Shown in pieces: positions 23,274 through 32,000 of a stretch of 32,000 nt of DNA. This stretch comes from Desulfocapsa sulfexigens DSM 10523 (GTDB lineage: Bacteria; Desulfobacterota; Desulfobulbia; Desulfobulbales; Desulfocapsaceae): contig NC_020304.1 in NCBI RefSeq assembly GCF_000341395.1, positions 2,520,001 to 2,552,000 on the forward strand, in the 5' to 3' direction. The notes under the pieces were generated by a model. That model was not told the origin of the DNA and did no database searches. It saw nothing but the letters and a program-made list of their open reading frames with translations. Numbering within the stretch: position 1 is the first letter of the stretch; each line of letters starts with the position of its first letter. The position numbers and the translations under genes were made by a program.

Positions 23274-25535
23274 ATGAAAAATCTAAAACTGGCAGTGAAA
23301 GGAATGCACTGCGCGGCCTGTTCCAGTCGTATCGAAAAGGTTGTCGGTGGGATGGATGGTGTTGTGAGGGCTTCGGTGAACCTGGCAACGGAAACCATGG
23401 AGCTGCAATGGGATGAAACACAACAGAGTTTTGATGAAATTGCAGAGCGCGTGGCAGGCATGGGTTTTGAACTTGAGTCCATAAGTGCTCAGCAAGATCT
23501 TTTTGAGCAAAACAGAGCTGAGACCGCTGCTCGTCTTGCACTTATGAAGAAGAACCTGATCTTCTCGATGCTTCTTGCCATTCCTCTCTTTACTATCTCC
23601 ATGGGGGAGATGATGGGCCTGCCTTTGCCTGAAGTTCTCAATCCTCATACGCATCCGCAGAATTTTGCCCTGATTCAGTTTGTTCTTGTTGTTGCCATCA
23701 TGTTCCTTGGCCGTAATTTTTATATAAACGGTTTTCCGGCTTTGTTCAGGCGGGTTCCCAACATGGACTCCCTTATTGCCGTCGGTACCGGCGCTGCGTT
23801 TGTCTACTCAACCTGGAACATGGTTGAGATCCTAATGGGAATACATGTGCAGATGAAGGTTATGGATCTCTATTTTGAATCTGCTGGTGTTTTGATAGCT
23901 CTGGTATCTCTGGGCAAGTATATGGAGACCCGTTCCAAGTCTCATACCTCCGAGGCTATCAGCAAGCTTATGCAACTGACTCCTGAGACTGCAACTGTGC
24001 TGGTTGGGGATGAGAAGGCATTTGAACAGAAAACAATCCCGGCAGAGGAAATACAAGAAAACGATATCCTTCTTATTCGTCCAGGCGACAGAATCCCGGT
24101 TGATGGTATTATTATTAAGGGGAATAGTGTTGTTGATGAATCTATGCTTACTGGAGAGAGTCTTCCTGTTTCTAAAACTGAGGGGGATGTGATTATTGGA
24201 GGTACTTTGAATTCCAATGGTGTGTTGCATGTTCGGGCTCAGCAGGTGGGGCAGGATACCATGTTGTCACGTATTGTCCGGATGGTCCAGGAAGCACAGG
24301 GATCCAAGGCTCCAATAGCTGGAATGGCTGATCGCATCAGTCTCTATTTTGTTCCTGTTGTTATGGTCTTTGCCGTGTTCACCGGACTTTGCTGGTATTT
24401 TGTAGGGAGTGCTGACTTCTCAACGTCACTTCGATTCTTCATTGCCGTCCTCGTCATTGCCTGTCCGTGTGCCATGGGCCTTGCAACTCCCACATCTATA
24501 ATGGTCGGTACGGGCAGAGGGGCACAGCTTGGCGTCCTGGTAAAGAGTGGTGAGGCGCTCGAGATGGCAGAGAAAATAGATGCTGTCGTCTTTGATAAAA
24601 CAGGTACCCTGACCCATGGAAAACCAGAGCTTACGGATATCCTGACTGTTGAGAATGAGATGGACACCAAAGATTTTCTTTTTCTTGCGGCATCCTGTGA
24701 ACAGAATTCGGAACACCTCCTGGCTATGGCCCTTGTGGCTGGTGCGGTTGCTGAAAACATCAGCCTGATACAGCCTCATGAATTTGAGGCAGTGCAGGGT
24801 AAGGGGATTCAGGGGCAGGTGGATGGCAGAACAGTGTTGCTTGGCAATAAACAGTTGTTGAAAGAAAAAGGTGTCGGGGTCAGTCAGCTGGAAGCAAAAG
24901 TAAATGAATTATCCGCCGAGGGAAAAACCGTCCTCTATCTCGCTGTGGATAACAGCTTTGTGGCCATCTTCGCTGTTGCTGATACTCTGAAAACTGAAGT
25001 GCCAGCTGCGATTGGGCGTATGCGTGAAATGGGTTTGCGATTGATCATGCTTACCGGGGATCAGGAAGCAACAGCGAATGCCATTGCCAGGCAGGCCGGG
25101 TTGACCGAGGTGATCTCACAGGTGCTGCCAGATAAAAAGGCAGACGTCATACAAGATCTTCAGAAAAAAGGGCTGAAGGTTGCCATGGTCGGAGACGGTA
25201 TTAATGATGCACCGGCACTTGCTCGTGCCGATGTCGGTATTGCGATGGGAACCGGAATTGATATTGCTATTGAATCAGGTGATATTGTCATCATGAAGGG
25301 CAATCTCGATGGGGTGATTACCTCTCTAGCACTCTCGCGTGCCGTGATGCGAAATATTCGTCAAAATCTGTTCTGGGCTTTTGGTTATAATGTTGTAGGT
25401 ATTCCTGTTGCAGCAGGACTACTCACGCTCTTTGGTGGGCCCGCCCTCAATCCTATGATTGCGGGTGGAGCAATGGCACTGAGTTCTGTGTCTGTGGTAT
25501 CCAACGCTCTGCGCCTTCGTTTTTTTAGGGTTTGA
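23274..25535 (+). CDS. copA: Copper-translocating P1B-type ATPase
   Basis: 753 aa with an N-terminal HMA domain ([15 protein letters not shown]). Other motifs are TGES, the CPC motif [11 protein letters not shown], the phosphorylation site DKTGTLT and the hinge [11 protein letters not shown]. Confidence 0.95.
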   Translation: MKNLKLAVKGMHCAACSSRIEKVVGGMDGVVRASVNLATETMELQWDETQQSFDEIAERVAGMGFELESISAQQDLFEQNRAETAARLALMKKNLIFSMLLAIPLFTISMGEMMGLPLPEVLNPHTHPQNFALIQFVLVVAIMFLGRNFYINGFPALFRRVPNMDSLIAVGTGAAFVYSTWNMVEILMGIHVQMKVMDLYFESAGVLIALVSLGKYMETRSKSHTSEAISKLMQLTPETATVLVGDEKAFEQKTIPAEEIQENDILLIRPGDRIPVDGIIIKGNSVVDESMLTGESLPVSKTEGDVIIGGTLNSNGVLHVRAQQVGQDTMLSRIVRMVQEAQGSKAPIAGMADRISLYFVPVVMVFAVFTGLCWYFVGSADFSTSLRFFIAVLVIACPCAMGLATPTSIMVGTGRGAQLGVLVKSGEALEMAEKIDAVVFDKTGTLTHGKPELTDILTVENEMDTKDFLFLAASCEQNSEHLLAMALVAGAVAENISLIQPHEFEAVQGKGIQGQVDGRTVLLGNKQLLKEKGVGVSQLEAKVNELSAEGKTVLYLAVDNSFVAIFAVADTLKTEVPAAIGRMREMGLRLIMLTGDQEATANAIARQAGLTEVISQVLPDKKADVIQDLQKKGLKVAMVGDGINDAPALARADVGIAMGTGIDIAIESGDIVIMKGNLDGVITSLALSRAVMRNIRQNLFWAFGYNVVGIPVAAGLLTLFGGPALNPMIAGGAMALSSVSVVSNALRLRFFRV

Positions 25536-25565
25536 TTTGGACCACTGAATCGCCAATGTTTTTTC

Positions 25566-25594
25566 TTGACTTTTCTCCTCACAGATTTATATAT
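25566..25594 (+). promoter_or_regulatory. Candidate sigma-70 promoter for sat
   Basis: TTGACT (25566-25571) followed by 16-17 nt and then TATATA/ATATAT (25588-25594). It lies about 95 nt upstream of the sat ATG. Confidence 0.3.
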
Positions 25595-25687
25595 GTATAC
25601 GTTTAACTGAATGCTTGTTCATTTCATTGCTGTTCCAAAAAAAATTGGTTCGGTACATTTTTGAAAATTAACTTAGAGGGAATCATT

Positions 25688-26962
25688 ATGGCTTCAAAAT
25701 TGGTTGCACCACATGGTGGAAAAGGTCTTGTTTGTGCTCTTCTTGAGGGCAAAGAGCGTGATGCTGAGCTTGCAAAAGCAAAAGGTCTGAAGCAGATTGA
25801 AATTTCTGATCGCGCTAAAGGCGATCTGATTATGATGGGAATTGGAGGTTTTTCTCCTCTTTCTGGTTTCATGACCAAGGCTGACTGGAAAGGCGTTTGT
25901 GAGAATTTCACCATGGCTGACGGAACCTTCTGGCCTGTACCCATTACCCTTGATGTAAATAAAGCCGATGGCGTTAATGTTGGTGATGAGATTGCCCTTG
26001 TCAGAAAAGGTGAAGTTTTTGCTACCATGCATGTAACCGAAGCTTTTGAAATGACCGAAGCTGATAAAAAATGGGAATGTGAGAAAGTTTTCATGGGTGA
26101 AGGCGAAGAGTCTGTAGATGGAAACTTCTGGAAAATCGCTCCAGATGATCACCCAGGCGTTATCATGGTAATGGCTCAAAAAGAAGTGAACATTGCCGGT
26201 CCTGTTAAAGTACTTTCTCAGGGTGAGTATCCTAAAGAGTACCCAGGAGTATATCTTACCCCTGCCGAAACCCGCAAAATGTTCGACGAGCGCGGATGGG
26301 CCAATGTTGCTGCTCTTCAGCTTCGTAACCCAATGCATCGTTCTCATGAGTACCTTGCAAAAATCGCAGTTGAAGTATGTGATGGTGTTCTCATTCACTC
26401 CCTCATCGGTAACCTCAAGCCAGGCGACATTCCAGCACCTGTTCGTGTAAAAGCTATCGATATCCTCATTGAAAACTACTTTGTAAAAGAGAACGTTATC
26501 AACTCTGGTTATCCTCTTGATATGCGTTATGCCGGTCCTCGTGAAGGTCTCCTTCATGCTACCTTCCGTCAGAACTACGGCGTTAACAACATGCTGATCG
26601 GTCGTGACCACGCTGGTGTTGGTGACTTCTATGGTCTGTTCGAAGCTCAGGAAATCTTTGAGCGTATTCCTCACACCGGTGATGATGCAAAAGATCTCCT
26701 TTGCAAGCCAATGAAAATTGACTGGACCTTCTACTGTTCCGAGTGTGATGGTATGGCTTCTCTTCGTACCTGTCCTCATGACAAATCTTCCCGCGTTATC
26801 CTTTCCGGTACCAAACTTCGTAAGGCCCTCTCCGATGGCGCTGAGATCGTAGACCATTTTGGTCGTAACGAAGTTCTGGATCACCTGAAAGTGTACTATG
26901 CAAGCCTGACCGAGAAAGTCGAGGTCAAAATGCAGGGTGCCGCTTCTGGCGAATCCATGTAA
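25688..26962 (+). CDS. sat: Sulfate adenylyltransferase (ATP sulfurylase), dissimilatory-type homo-oligomeric Sat
   Basis: I place the start at the ATG at 25688 ([13 protein letters not shown]), preceded by GAGGG. Motifs [13 protein letters not shown] and GRDHAGVG are present. Length is 424 aa. Confidence 0.95.
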   Translation: MASKLVAPHGGKGLVCALLEGKERDAELAKAKGLKQIEISDRAKGDLIMMGIGGFSPLSGFMTKADWKGVCENFTMADGTFWPVPITLDVNKADGVNVGDEIALVRKGEVFATMHVTEAFEMTEADKKWECEKVFMGEGEESVDGNFWKIAPDDHPGVIMVMAQKEVNIAGPVKVLSQGEYPKEYPGVYLTPAETRKMFDERGWANVAALQLRNPMHRSHEYLAKIAVEVCDGVLIHSLIGNLKPGDIPAPVRVKAIDILIENYFVKENVINSGYPLDMRYAGPREGLLHATFRQNYGVNNMLIGRDHAGVGDFYGLFEAQEIFERIPHTGDDAKDLLCKPMKIDWTFYCSECDGMASLRTCPHDKSSRVILSGTKLRKALSDGAEIVDHFGRNEVLDHLKVYYASLTEKVEVKMQGAASGESM

Positions 26963-26993
26963 TTTGTCCTACAGACTTGTATAAGTCTTCCGA

Positions 26994-27031
26994 GGGAGAT
27001 ACTGCTTTTGAGCGGTGTCTCCCTTTTTTTT
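26994..27031 (+). terminator. Rho-independent terminator after sat
   Basis: GGGAGATAC (26994-27002) pairs with GGTGTCTCCC (27014-27023), giving 9 bp including one G-U pair. T8 follows at 27024-27031. Confidence 0.7.
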
Positions 27032-27066
27032 ATTACGAATAATCCCTGTCCTTTCTTTTTTCTCTT

Positions 27067-28161
27067 ATGTCTAAATATAACTTAACCGTAGGCCTTGATG
27101 ATCGCAGTTATCCTATTTTTATTGAGGATGGAATACTGGAAACCGTAGGTGCGGATATTGCCAAAAGAAACATCGCCGATCGTTTTGTGGTTATCTCCGA
27201 TGATTATGTTGCCAGCCTGTATGGTGCTACTCTTATGGCATCATTGAAGAATGCAGGTGTAGCTGCAGAACTGATCAGCTTTCCAAGGGGTGAGGCTTCA
27301 AAAAATCTTCAGGTATTTGCCGATCTTTCCTCGAAGCTTGCTCAGATGGGAATGGATCGAAAATCAGGACTCATTGCACTTGGTGGTGGGGTAACCGGCG
27401 ATCTTACCGGATTCCTGGCTGCAAGCTATATGCGCGGTATACCTTTTGTTCAGATTCCAACCACGTTACTGTCCCAGGTGGACAGCTCAGTTGGCGGCAA
27501 AACAGGAGTTGATATTCCCGAGGGTAAAAATCTGGTGGGGGCGTTTTATCAACCCAAAGCGGTTTACATAGACAGTGCCGTCCTTACCACACTTCCCCTG
27601 GAGGAACTGCTTGGTGGAATAGCGGAGGTCATAAAGTATGGTGTCATTCGTGACCTGGAATTTTACTGCTTTCTGGAGAGAAACCTGGATGCAATTCTTG
27701 GCTTGCAGCCTGCGATTATTCAGGAGATGATACATACCTGTTGCAGGATTAAAGCAGAGGTTGTGGCACAGGACGAACGGGAATCAGATCTGCGACGTAT
27801 TCTGAACTTTGGTCATACCATAGGGCACGCTGTTGAGGCGGCTTCGAACTTTACCTTGATTCATGGTCATGCTGTTGCCATCGGCATGGTAGCTGCACTT
27901 CGTATTGCTGTATCATCAGGACTCTGCAAACGAAAGGAAGCCGGGCGCGTTGCAACACTGATTCATGCTTTTGGCCTGCCCACAGAAATTCCTGAAGGAA
28001 TGGATGCTGAACTGATTAAATCCTATATGAAGAGCGATAAGAAAAGTATAGGTGGATCTGTCTTTTATGTTTTGCCGATAACCATCGGTGATGTGATTAT
28101 TACCAATGAAGTGACAGAAGAACAGGTTGATGCTGTCTTGGTTGTGAGGGGTGAGGGGTAG
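27067..28161 (+). CDS. aroB: 3-dehydroquinate synthase
   Basis: 364 aa. GGGVTGDLTGFLAASYMRGIPFVQIPTTLLSQVDSSVGGKTGVD and NFGHTIGHAVE are AroB signatures. Confidence 0.9.
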   Translation: MSKYNLTVGLDDRSYPIFIEDGILETVGADIAKRNIADRFVVISDDYVASLYGATLMASLKNAGVAAELISFPRGEASKNLQVFADLSSKLAQMGMDRKSGLIALGGGVTGDLTGFLAASYMRGIPFVQIPTTLLSQVDSSVGGKTGVDIPEGKNLVGAFYQPKAVYIDSAVLTTLPLEELLGGIAEVIKYGVIRDLEFYCFLERNLDAILGLQPAIIQEMIHTCCRIKAEVVAQDERESDLRRILNFGHTIGHAVEAASNFTLIHGHAVAIGMVAALRIAVSSGLCKRKEAGRVATLIHAFGLPTEIPEGMDAELIKSYMKSDKKSIGGSVFYVLPITIGDVIITNEVTEEQVDAVLVVRGEG

Positions 28162-28180
28162 AAATCCACCTATTGCTTTT

Positions 28181-28243
28181 AACGCCTAACGCCTTACTCC
28201 TCACTCCCAACTCCTAACTCCTCACTCCTACCCCCTGACACCC
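28181..28243 (+). repeat. Nine tandem heptanucleotide units, consensus (A/C)AC(T/G)CCT
   Basis: Read directly from the sequence: AACGCCT AACGCCT TACTCCT CACTCCC AACTCCT AACTCCT CACTCCT ACCCCCT GACACCC. The array ends 5 nt before the ATG at 28249 and has only 3 G in 63 nt. Confidence 0.85.
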
Positions 28244-28248
28244 AGAAC

Positions 28249-28743
28249 ATGCCTATCTACGAATTCTATTGTGACAACTGTAATGTAGTCTTTAACTTCC
28301 TTTCCAATCGGATCAACACCACCTCTAAACCCGCTTGCCCACGTTGTGGGAAATTAGAAATCAGTCGTCAGATGTCCACCTTTGCTACCATTGGCAGGGC
28401 AGTAGAAGCAAGTGACGATATGATGGCAGGTATGGATGAGAAGAGGATGGAGGAGGCCTTCGGTTCTCTGATGCAGGAGGCGGAAGGGATGAATGAGGAA
28501 GATCCGCGGCAGATGGCCTCCCTGATGAGAAAGTTCACGGAGCAAACCGGAATGAGTTTAGGTGACACCATGGAAGAGGCAATCTCCAGAATGGAAAAGG
28601 GGGAAGATCCGGACCTGATTGAGAAGGAGATGGAAGGTCAACTTGATGGTGACGATCTGTTTTCATTTGATGGTATGAAAAAGAAAGCCCTCTCCGGGGT
28701 AAAGCCTGCCCCTGATCATGATGAGAAATTATACACACTGTAA
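28249..28743 (+). CDS. FmdB-family zinc-ribbon protein with a Met/Glu-rich C-terminal extension
   Basis: MPIYEFYCDNCNVVF...KPACPRCG is the CxxC...CxxC FmdB-type zinc ribbon. The acidic tail is rich in Met and Glu. No Shine-Dalgarno sequence is visible. Confidence 0.75.
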   Translation: MPIYEFYCDNCNVVFNFLSNRINTTSKPACPRCGKLEISRQMSTFATIGRAVEASDDMMAGMDEKRMEEAFGSLMQEAEGMNEEDPRQMASLMRKFTEQTGMSLGDTMEEAISRMEKGEDPDLIEKEMEGQLDGDDLFSFDGMKKKALSGVKPAPDHDEKLYTL

Positions 28744-28753
28744 GCAATCTGTC

Positions 28754-30088
28754 CTAATCAATGTCATAGTTTTTTAATTTTTCCCACAGATTTTTCCTGC
28801 TGATTCCAAGAAGTTCTGATGTCTTGGTTTTGTTCCCCCCACAATGATTCAGCGCTTTGCGCAAACACACCTTTTCAGCAATGGCCATATTTTCAGCGAG
28901 GTTGAATCCCGTTTCTTTGCAACTTTCTATCGCGCAGAGTTCCGTTGGTAAATCTTCAGGATAGATTACCGGGCCACTGCAAAGAACCGAAGCCCGTTCC
29001 ATGAGGTTGTGCAGTTCTCTGGCATTACCCGGAAATGAATAGGTTTCCAGGCAGCTCAATGCTTCCTGAGATATGGAAAAAGGAGTGTTGTACGGAGAAT
29101 TGAACTCTTTAAGGAAATGATTGCAGAGTTCCGGGATGTCTTCCCTGTGTTCCCGAAGTGGTGGCATGACGATGGGAATTACCTTGAGCCTGAACAGGAG
29201 ATCCTGACGAAACCGTCCTTCATCCACTTCTTTTTGCAGATCCTTGGAGGTGCAGGCGAGAACTCGCACATTGACATTGATGGTGGAGCTTCCTCCCACA
29301 CGTTCAAATGCACCTTCCTGTAAGACCCGTAATAATTTCGCCTGGAGTGGGCCGGGGAGATCTCCAAGTTCATCAAGCAATAATGTTCCATTGTCAGCAA
29401 GTTCGAATTTCCCCTTCCGTTTTCTGTCCGCCCCGGTAAAAGCGCCACGCTCATGGCCAAACATCTCAGATTCCATAAGCCCCTCGGGAATAGCTGCACA
29501 GTTAATGGAAACAAATGGCTTGTCTCTGCGCAGGCTGGCCTTGTGGATTGCCCGTGCCGCAAGTTCTTTTCCTGTTCCAGATTCCCCGGTAATAAGTATG
29601 GTGGTATTTGTTGGGGCCGCCTGGCTGATAATGGAGTATACCTGCTGCATTGCAGGTGCCTTGCCGACAAGGCCACGATCGACGATACGACAGTTCTCCT
29701 CAAGTGTAGCAACCTGATTTTTAACCCGCTGGAAATCCAGGAGCCGGTTGCAGCGGATAATAAGATCATCCATATCGAAGGGTTTGAGTATATAATCCGA
29801 GGCACCTTGGCGAAGACAGTCAAGCGCATCATTCACAGATCCGTAAGCTGTCATAATAATGATGTCAGTTTCAGGTGAGAGCGTCTTGATTTTCTCGAGT
29901 AATTGTATCCCGTCCATACCAGGCATCCGAATATCTGAGATAACCAGATGGTAATCATTTTTCTCAAGCATTTTTACGCCATCAAGGCCATTTTCAACCT
30001 GATCAACATCCCAGTCAAATTGCTTTAATCTGTCGTAGACAGAAATACGCATTATTTCATCATCTTCAGCAAGAAGTATTCGTACCAT
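28754..30088 (-). CDS. Sigma-54-dependent response regulator (NtrC family: REC, AAA+ and Fis-type HTH domains)
   Basis: 444 aa. The REC domain has the phospho-acceptor LVISDIRMPGMDG. Walker A is GESGTGKE, the sigma-54 contact loop is GAFTGA, and the C-terminal HTH is KTKTSELLGISRKNLWEKLK. Confidence 0.9.
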   Translation of the reverse strand: MVRILLAEDDEIMRISVYDRLKQFDWDVDQVENGLDGVKMLEKNDYHLVISDIRMPGMDGIQLLEKIKTLSPETDIIIMTAYGSVNDALDCLRQGASDYILKPFDMDDLIIRCNRLLDFQRVKNQVATLEENCRIVDRGLVGKAPAMQQVYSIISQAAPTNTTILITGESGTGKELAARAIHKASLRRDKPFVSINCAAIPEGLMESEMFGHERGAFTGADRKRKGKFELADNGTLLLDELGDLPGPLQAKLLRVLQEGAFERVGGSSTINVNVRVLACTSKDLQKEVDEGRFRQDLLFRLKVIPIVMPPLREHREDIPELCNHFLKEFNSPYNTPFSISQEALSCLETYSFPGNARELHNLMERASVLCSGPVIYPEDLPTELCAIESCKETGFNLAENMAIAEKVCLRKALNHCGGNKTKTSELLGISRKNLWEKLKNYDID

Positions 30089-30094
30089 TTTTGA

Positions 30095-31696
30095 TTATAT
30101 CTCCATCGTATTTTGGGGGTATTCAGGGATGGTGACTGTAAAGGTGGTTCCAGTTCCTTCTTCACTTGTAACGGCTACCGTTCCTTTCATTTTACCAACG
30201 AGAGTATAGGTGACGGACAGGCCAAGGCCTGTTCCTACCCCGACATCTTTAGTTGTGAAAAAAGGATCAAAGATGTGAGTCAGAATATCTTCAGCAATCC
30301 CTGTGCCTGTGTCCGTAAATGTGAATCGAAGCTGCTGCTCTATCATTTCGGAGCGTATGTGCAATGAGCCGCCGTCAGGCATTGCCTGGATAGCATTGAG
30401 ACCAAGGTTTACAAAAATCTGTTTCAAGGCCTCTGCGTCGACATAGCATTCCTGCTCAATACTGTTTTCCTGGTGAATAACAATGCCTTTTAATTTGTAA
30501 GAAAGGAGTTCGAGGCATTCACCCAGCAGAGTCGCCACGTTTATTTTACGTAATTGTAACGGCTCCTGCCTGCCAAAATTGAGGAGTTGACGCATGGTGT
30601 GCTCTATTTGTTTCAGTCCTTTGTGGAGAAGGGGGAGGTACCGTTCATGCATTTCAAAATCTTCTGGATTTTCCCGCATGGATTTGACCAGATTAAGCAT
30701 TCCCCCAAGTGGATTATTGACTTCGTGGGCAATACCTGCTGAGAGGATCCCCATGGAGGCCATTTTCTCGTTGAACAGAGTCTGTTGCCTGGTAGTTTCG
30801 ATCTCTTTCTGGTAGCGGACAATACGCTGACAGAGTTCTGAAAAATGATCACTGAGGTGGCCAATCTCATCGTTACCGAATGGTAGCATCAGCTGGTCTG
30901 GTTCTGTTTCCGGAAAGGATTTTATGGCGGTGGAGAGTCTGTCAAGTCTGCTGACAACGAGGGTGTTGAACATAATTAACAGGGTTATGGAAACCAGGAC
31001 AAAGCTGATAAATCCAATGATAAAAAGAGACCTGTTATTTGCCTGTATTTTCTCATCGGCCCAGGCGATAGGGATGGTGATTGACAGGGCTCCTCGTATG
31101 TCGCCCTGGCTGTAACCATGGCGGGCATGGCATCCCAGACATGAGTCTTTGGTCTCAAGAGGGGCCATATAGCGTACAACACGGCCCTGGGGAGTGTCCC
31201 TGATTGCGATAGACTCTAAAAAACCATGATCGAAGTTTATCATACAGAGTTTTTCAAATTCATCTGGACCGTTTTCGGGATTAACAGGATGCAGACTGGT
31301 AACGCGGAAACTGCCAAGACCTTTATCCTGCGAATATTCGGAGAGTTCCCTGGTGACCATTGCCGGATTTCGCATCACATATTCATTCCCCTCCTGATCC
31401 CTGATGCTTGGCAGATCAAGGTATGGATTCTTGTTCACGGTATCCTTTCTGATAACGAAGAGTCCATTATGTTCAGAAACCCATTGCCTGGTAATAAGAA
31501 TCTGATTGTAGAGCATACGCGCCTGCTGTTGAGCCTGTAAAATAATCAGTTCATTATCAACCAGGGAAGTTCTGTAGAGAAAAACCATATAGGAGACAGA
31601 AATTATGGTGCCAATGGCCACTATGAACTTACCGCGCAGGGAAAACTTAGATTCCATCCACAGGTAAAGGGTTCTGAAACTGATAATTGATTTCAT
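30095..31696 (-). CDS. Sensor histidine kinase with a periplasmic DUF3365/Tll0287-like domain carrying a CxxCH heme-c motif
   Basis: 533 aa. Two TM segments (FIVAIGTIISVSYMVFLY and LFIIGFISFVLVSITLLIMF) flank a loop of about 190 aa containing ITRQWVSEHNGLFV and DSCLGCHARHGY. The H-box is GIAHEVNNPL, the N-box NLGLNAIQAM, and the G-boxes DTGTGI and GTGLGLS. Confidence 0.85.
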   Translation of the reverse strand: MKSIISFRTLYLWMESKFSLRGKFIVAIGTIISVSYMVFLYRTSLVDNELIILQAQQQARMLYNQILITRQWVSEHNGLFVIRKDTVNKNPYLDLPSIRDQEGNEYVMRNPAMVTRELSEYSQDKGLGSFRVTSLHPVNPENGPDEFEKLCMINFDHGFLESIAIRDTPQGRVVRYMAPLETKDSCLGCHARHGYSQGDIRGALSITIPIAWADEKIQANNRSLFIIGFISFVLVSITLLIMFNTLVVSRLDRLSTAIKSFPETEPDQLMLPFGNDEIGHLSDHFSELCQRIVRYQKEIETTRQQTLFNEKMASMGILSAGIAHEVNNPLGGMLNLVKSMRENPEDFEMHERYLPLLHKGLKQIEHTMRQLLNFGRQEPLQLRKINVATLLGECLELLSYKLKGIVIHQENSIEQECYVDAEALKQIFVNLGLNAIQAMPDGGSLHIRSEMIEQQLRFTFTDTGTGIAEDILTHIFDPFFTTKDVGVGTGLGLSVTYTLVGKMKGTVAVTSEEGTGTTFTVTIPEYPQNTMEI

Positions 31697-32000
31697 ATGA
31701 TTCTCTACAGGGAGTTGGGGAAAGTATGTGTTGTGTGAAATGTTGCGCTACCGAAAGGTAACATCTTTTGTCGAAACTGTCGAATATCTTCAGTAATTAA
31801 CTATTTAGTTTAGTTCTTTCCTTTTTATTGTTTGTTACTAAACGGTATCATGGGATTGGTGGTGTGTTACCTTGAAGTAGCACTTCAGGGAAGCATGTGT
31901 AGTAATCTTTTGAAATTACAGAGATAATATTTTAGGTACACTTTTTGCTAGTTGTTTTTAATTATGATGGCTTTGACTTTATATGAATTGAAGTGATAGG

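Noticed and set aside
23266-23274. The TATAAT hexamer immediately at the copA start (catataATG).
   Set aside because: It overlaps the start codon itself, so it cannot serve as the copA -10 box. I also found no convincing CueR, CsoR or CopY-type operator palindrome in 23176-23273.
23048-23654. Minus-strand ORFs of 144, 104 and 123 aa spanning the copZ-copA intergenic region and the copA 5' end.
   Set aside because: They overlap copZ or copA out of frame or antisense. They are Ser/His/Pro-rich nonsense with no Shine-Dalgarno sequence or motifs, whereas copA and copZ are strongly supported.
25694-26884. A 396-aa ORF on the minus strand, plus the 156-aa ORF at 25624..26094.
   Set aside because: Both are fully antisense to sat, whose product has unmistakable ATP-sulfurylase motifs. 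The antisense translations are low-complexity and match no recognisable family. A long stop-free antisense frame is a known artefact of biased codon usage.
29117-29878. Several ORFs of 68-217 aa, on both strands, inside the response-regulator gene.
   Set aside because: They are alternative frames of a gene with clear REC, AAA+ and HTH motifs. Their Arg/Ser/Pro-rich composition is typical of off-frame translation.
31869-31891. A 9-bp hairpin, CCTTGAAGT-agc-ACTTCAGGG, upstream of the sensor kinase.
   Set aside because: It is isolated, has no flanking U-tract on either strand, and has no obvious associated gene within the window. There is not enough evidence to call a terminator or regulatory RNA.
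1-32000. Whole-window scan for CRISPR arrays, tRNA or rRNA genes, transposases, integrases and terminal inverted repeats.
   Set aside because: I found no spaced direct repeats, cloverleaf-like segments, rRNA-like stretches, or DDE, tyrosine or serine recombinase motifs. Horizontal acquisition is suggested only by composition and gene remnants.

Overview
This is a chromosomal segment that resembles a sulfate-reducing Desulfobacterota-type genome. That placement is inference only, from a dissimilatory-type sat gene, sigma-54 regulation and a Geobacter-type truncated pilin. Nearly everything from 1 to 23.2 kb is on the minus strand.
(i) 1-7.9 kb: a compositionally mosaic surface-glycan locus. 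It holds a TagD-like cytidylyltransferase fragment, two GT2 genes plus a GT2 remnant, a GT9, an AT-rich trio of uncharacterised genes (small protein, NTase-like, ParB/Srx-like), a GnT-I-like transferase, decayed gene remnants and a Wzx-type flippase.
(ii) 8.2-8.9 kb: a higBA toxin-antitoxin pair.
(iii) 9.0-14.1 kb: a tightly coupled five-gene operon. Transcription order is ABC-2 permease, TPR-like protein, ABC ATPase, TMTC/PMT-like GT-C glycosyltransferase with a TPR tail, then a UbiA-family polyprenyl-phosphate phosphoribosyltransferase-like enzyme.
(iv) 14.2-15.4 kb: a pilin module. It contains a Geobacter-type short PilA-N (60-aa mature), a secreted Thr/Ala/Asp-rich protein in the PilA-C position, and a full-length cysteine-free pilin paralogue.
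(v) 15.4-22.7 kb: a minor-pilin operon in the order pilY1-like (about 1648 aa), fimU-, pilV-, pilW-, pilX-like, with a candidate sigma-54 promoter.
Downstream are copZ and copA (divergent), sat, aroB, a zinc-ribbon protein preceded by a 9-unit heptanucleotide repeat, and a sigma-54 response regulator with a sensor kinase carrying a CxxCH motif.
I saw no rRNA, tRNA, CRISPR array or transposase. The most interesting candidate is the pilin-adjacent ABC/GT-C/UbiA operon, taken together with the split and unsplit pilins and the giant PilY1. I read this as a possible lipid-linked-pentose glycosylation or anchoring system for a Geobacter-type filament. All family assignments rest on motifs read by eye and need HMM or BLAST confirmation.
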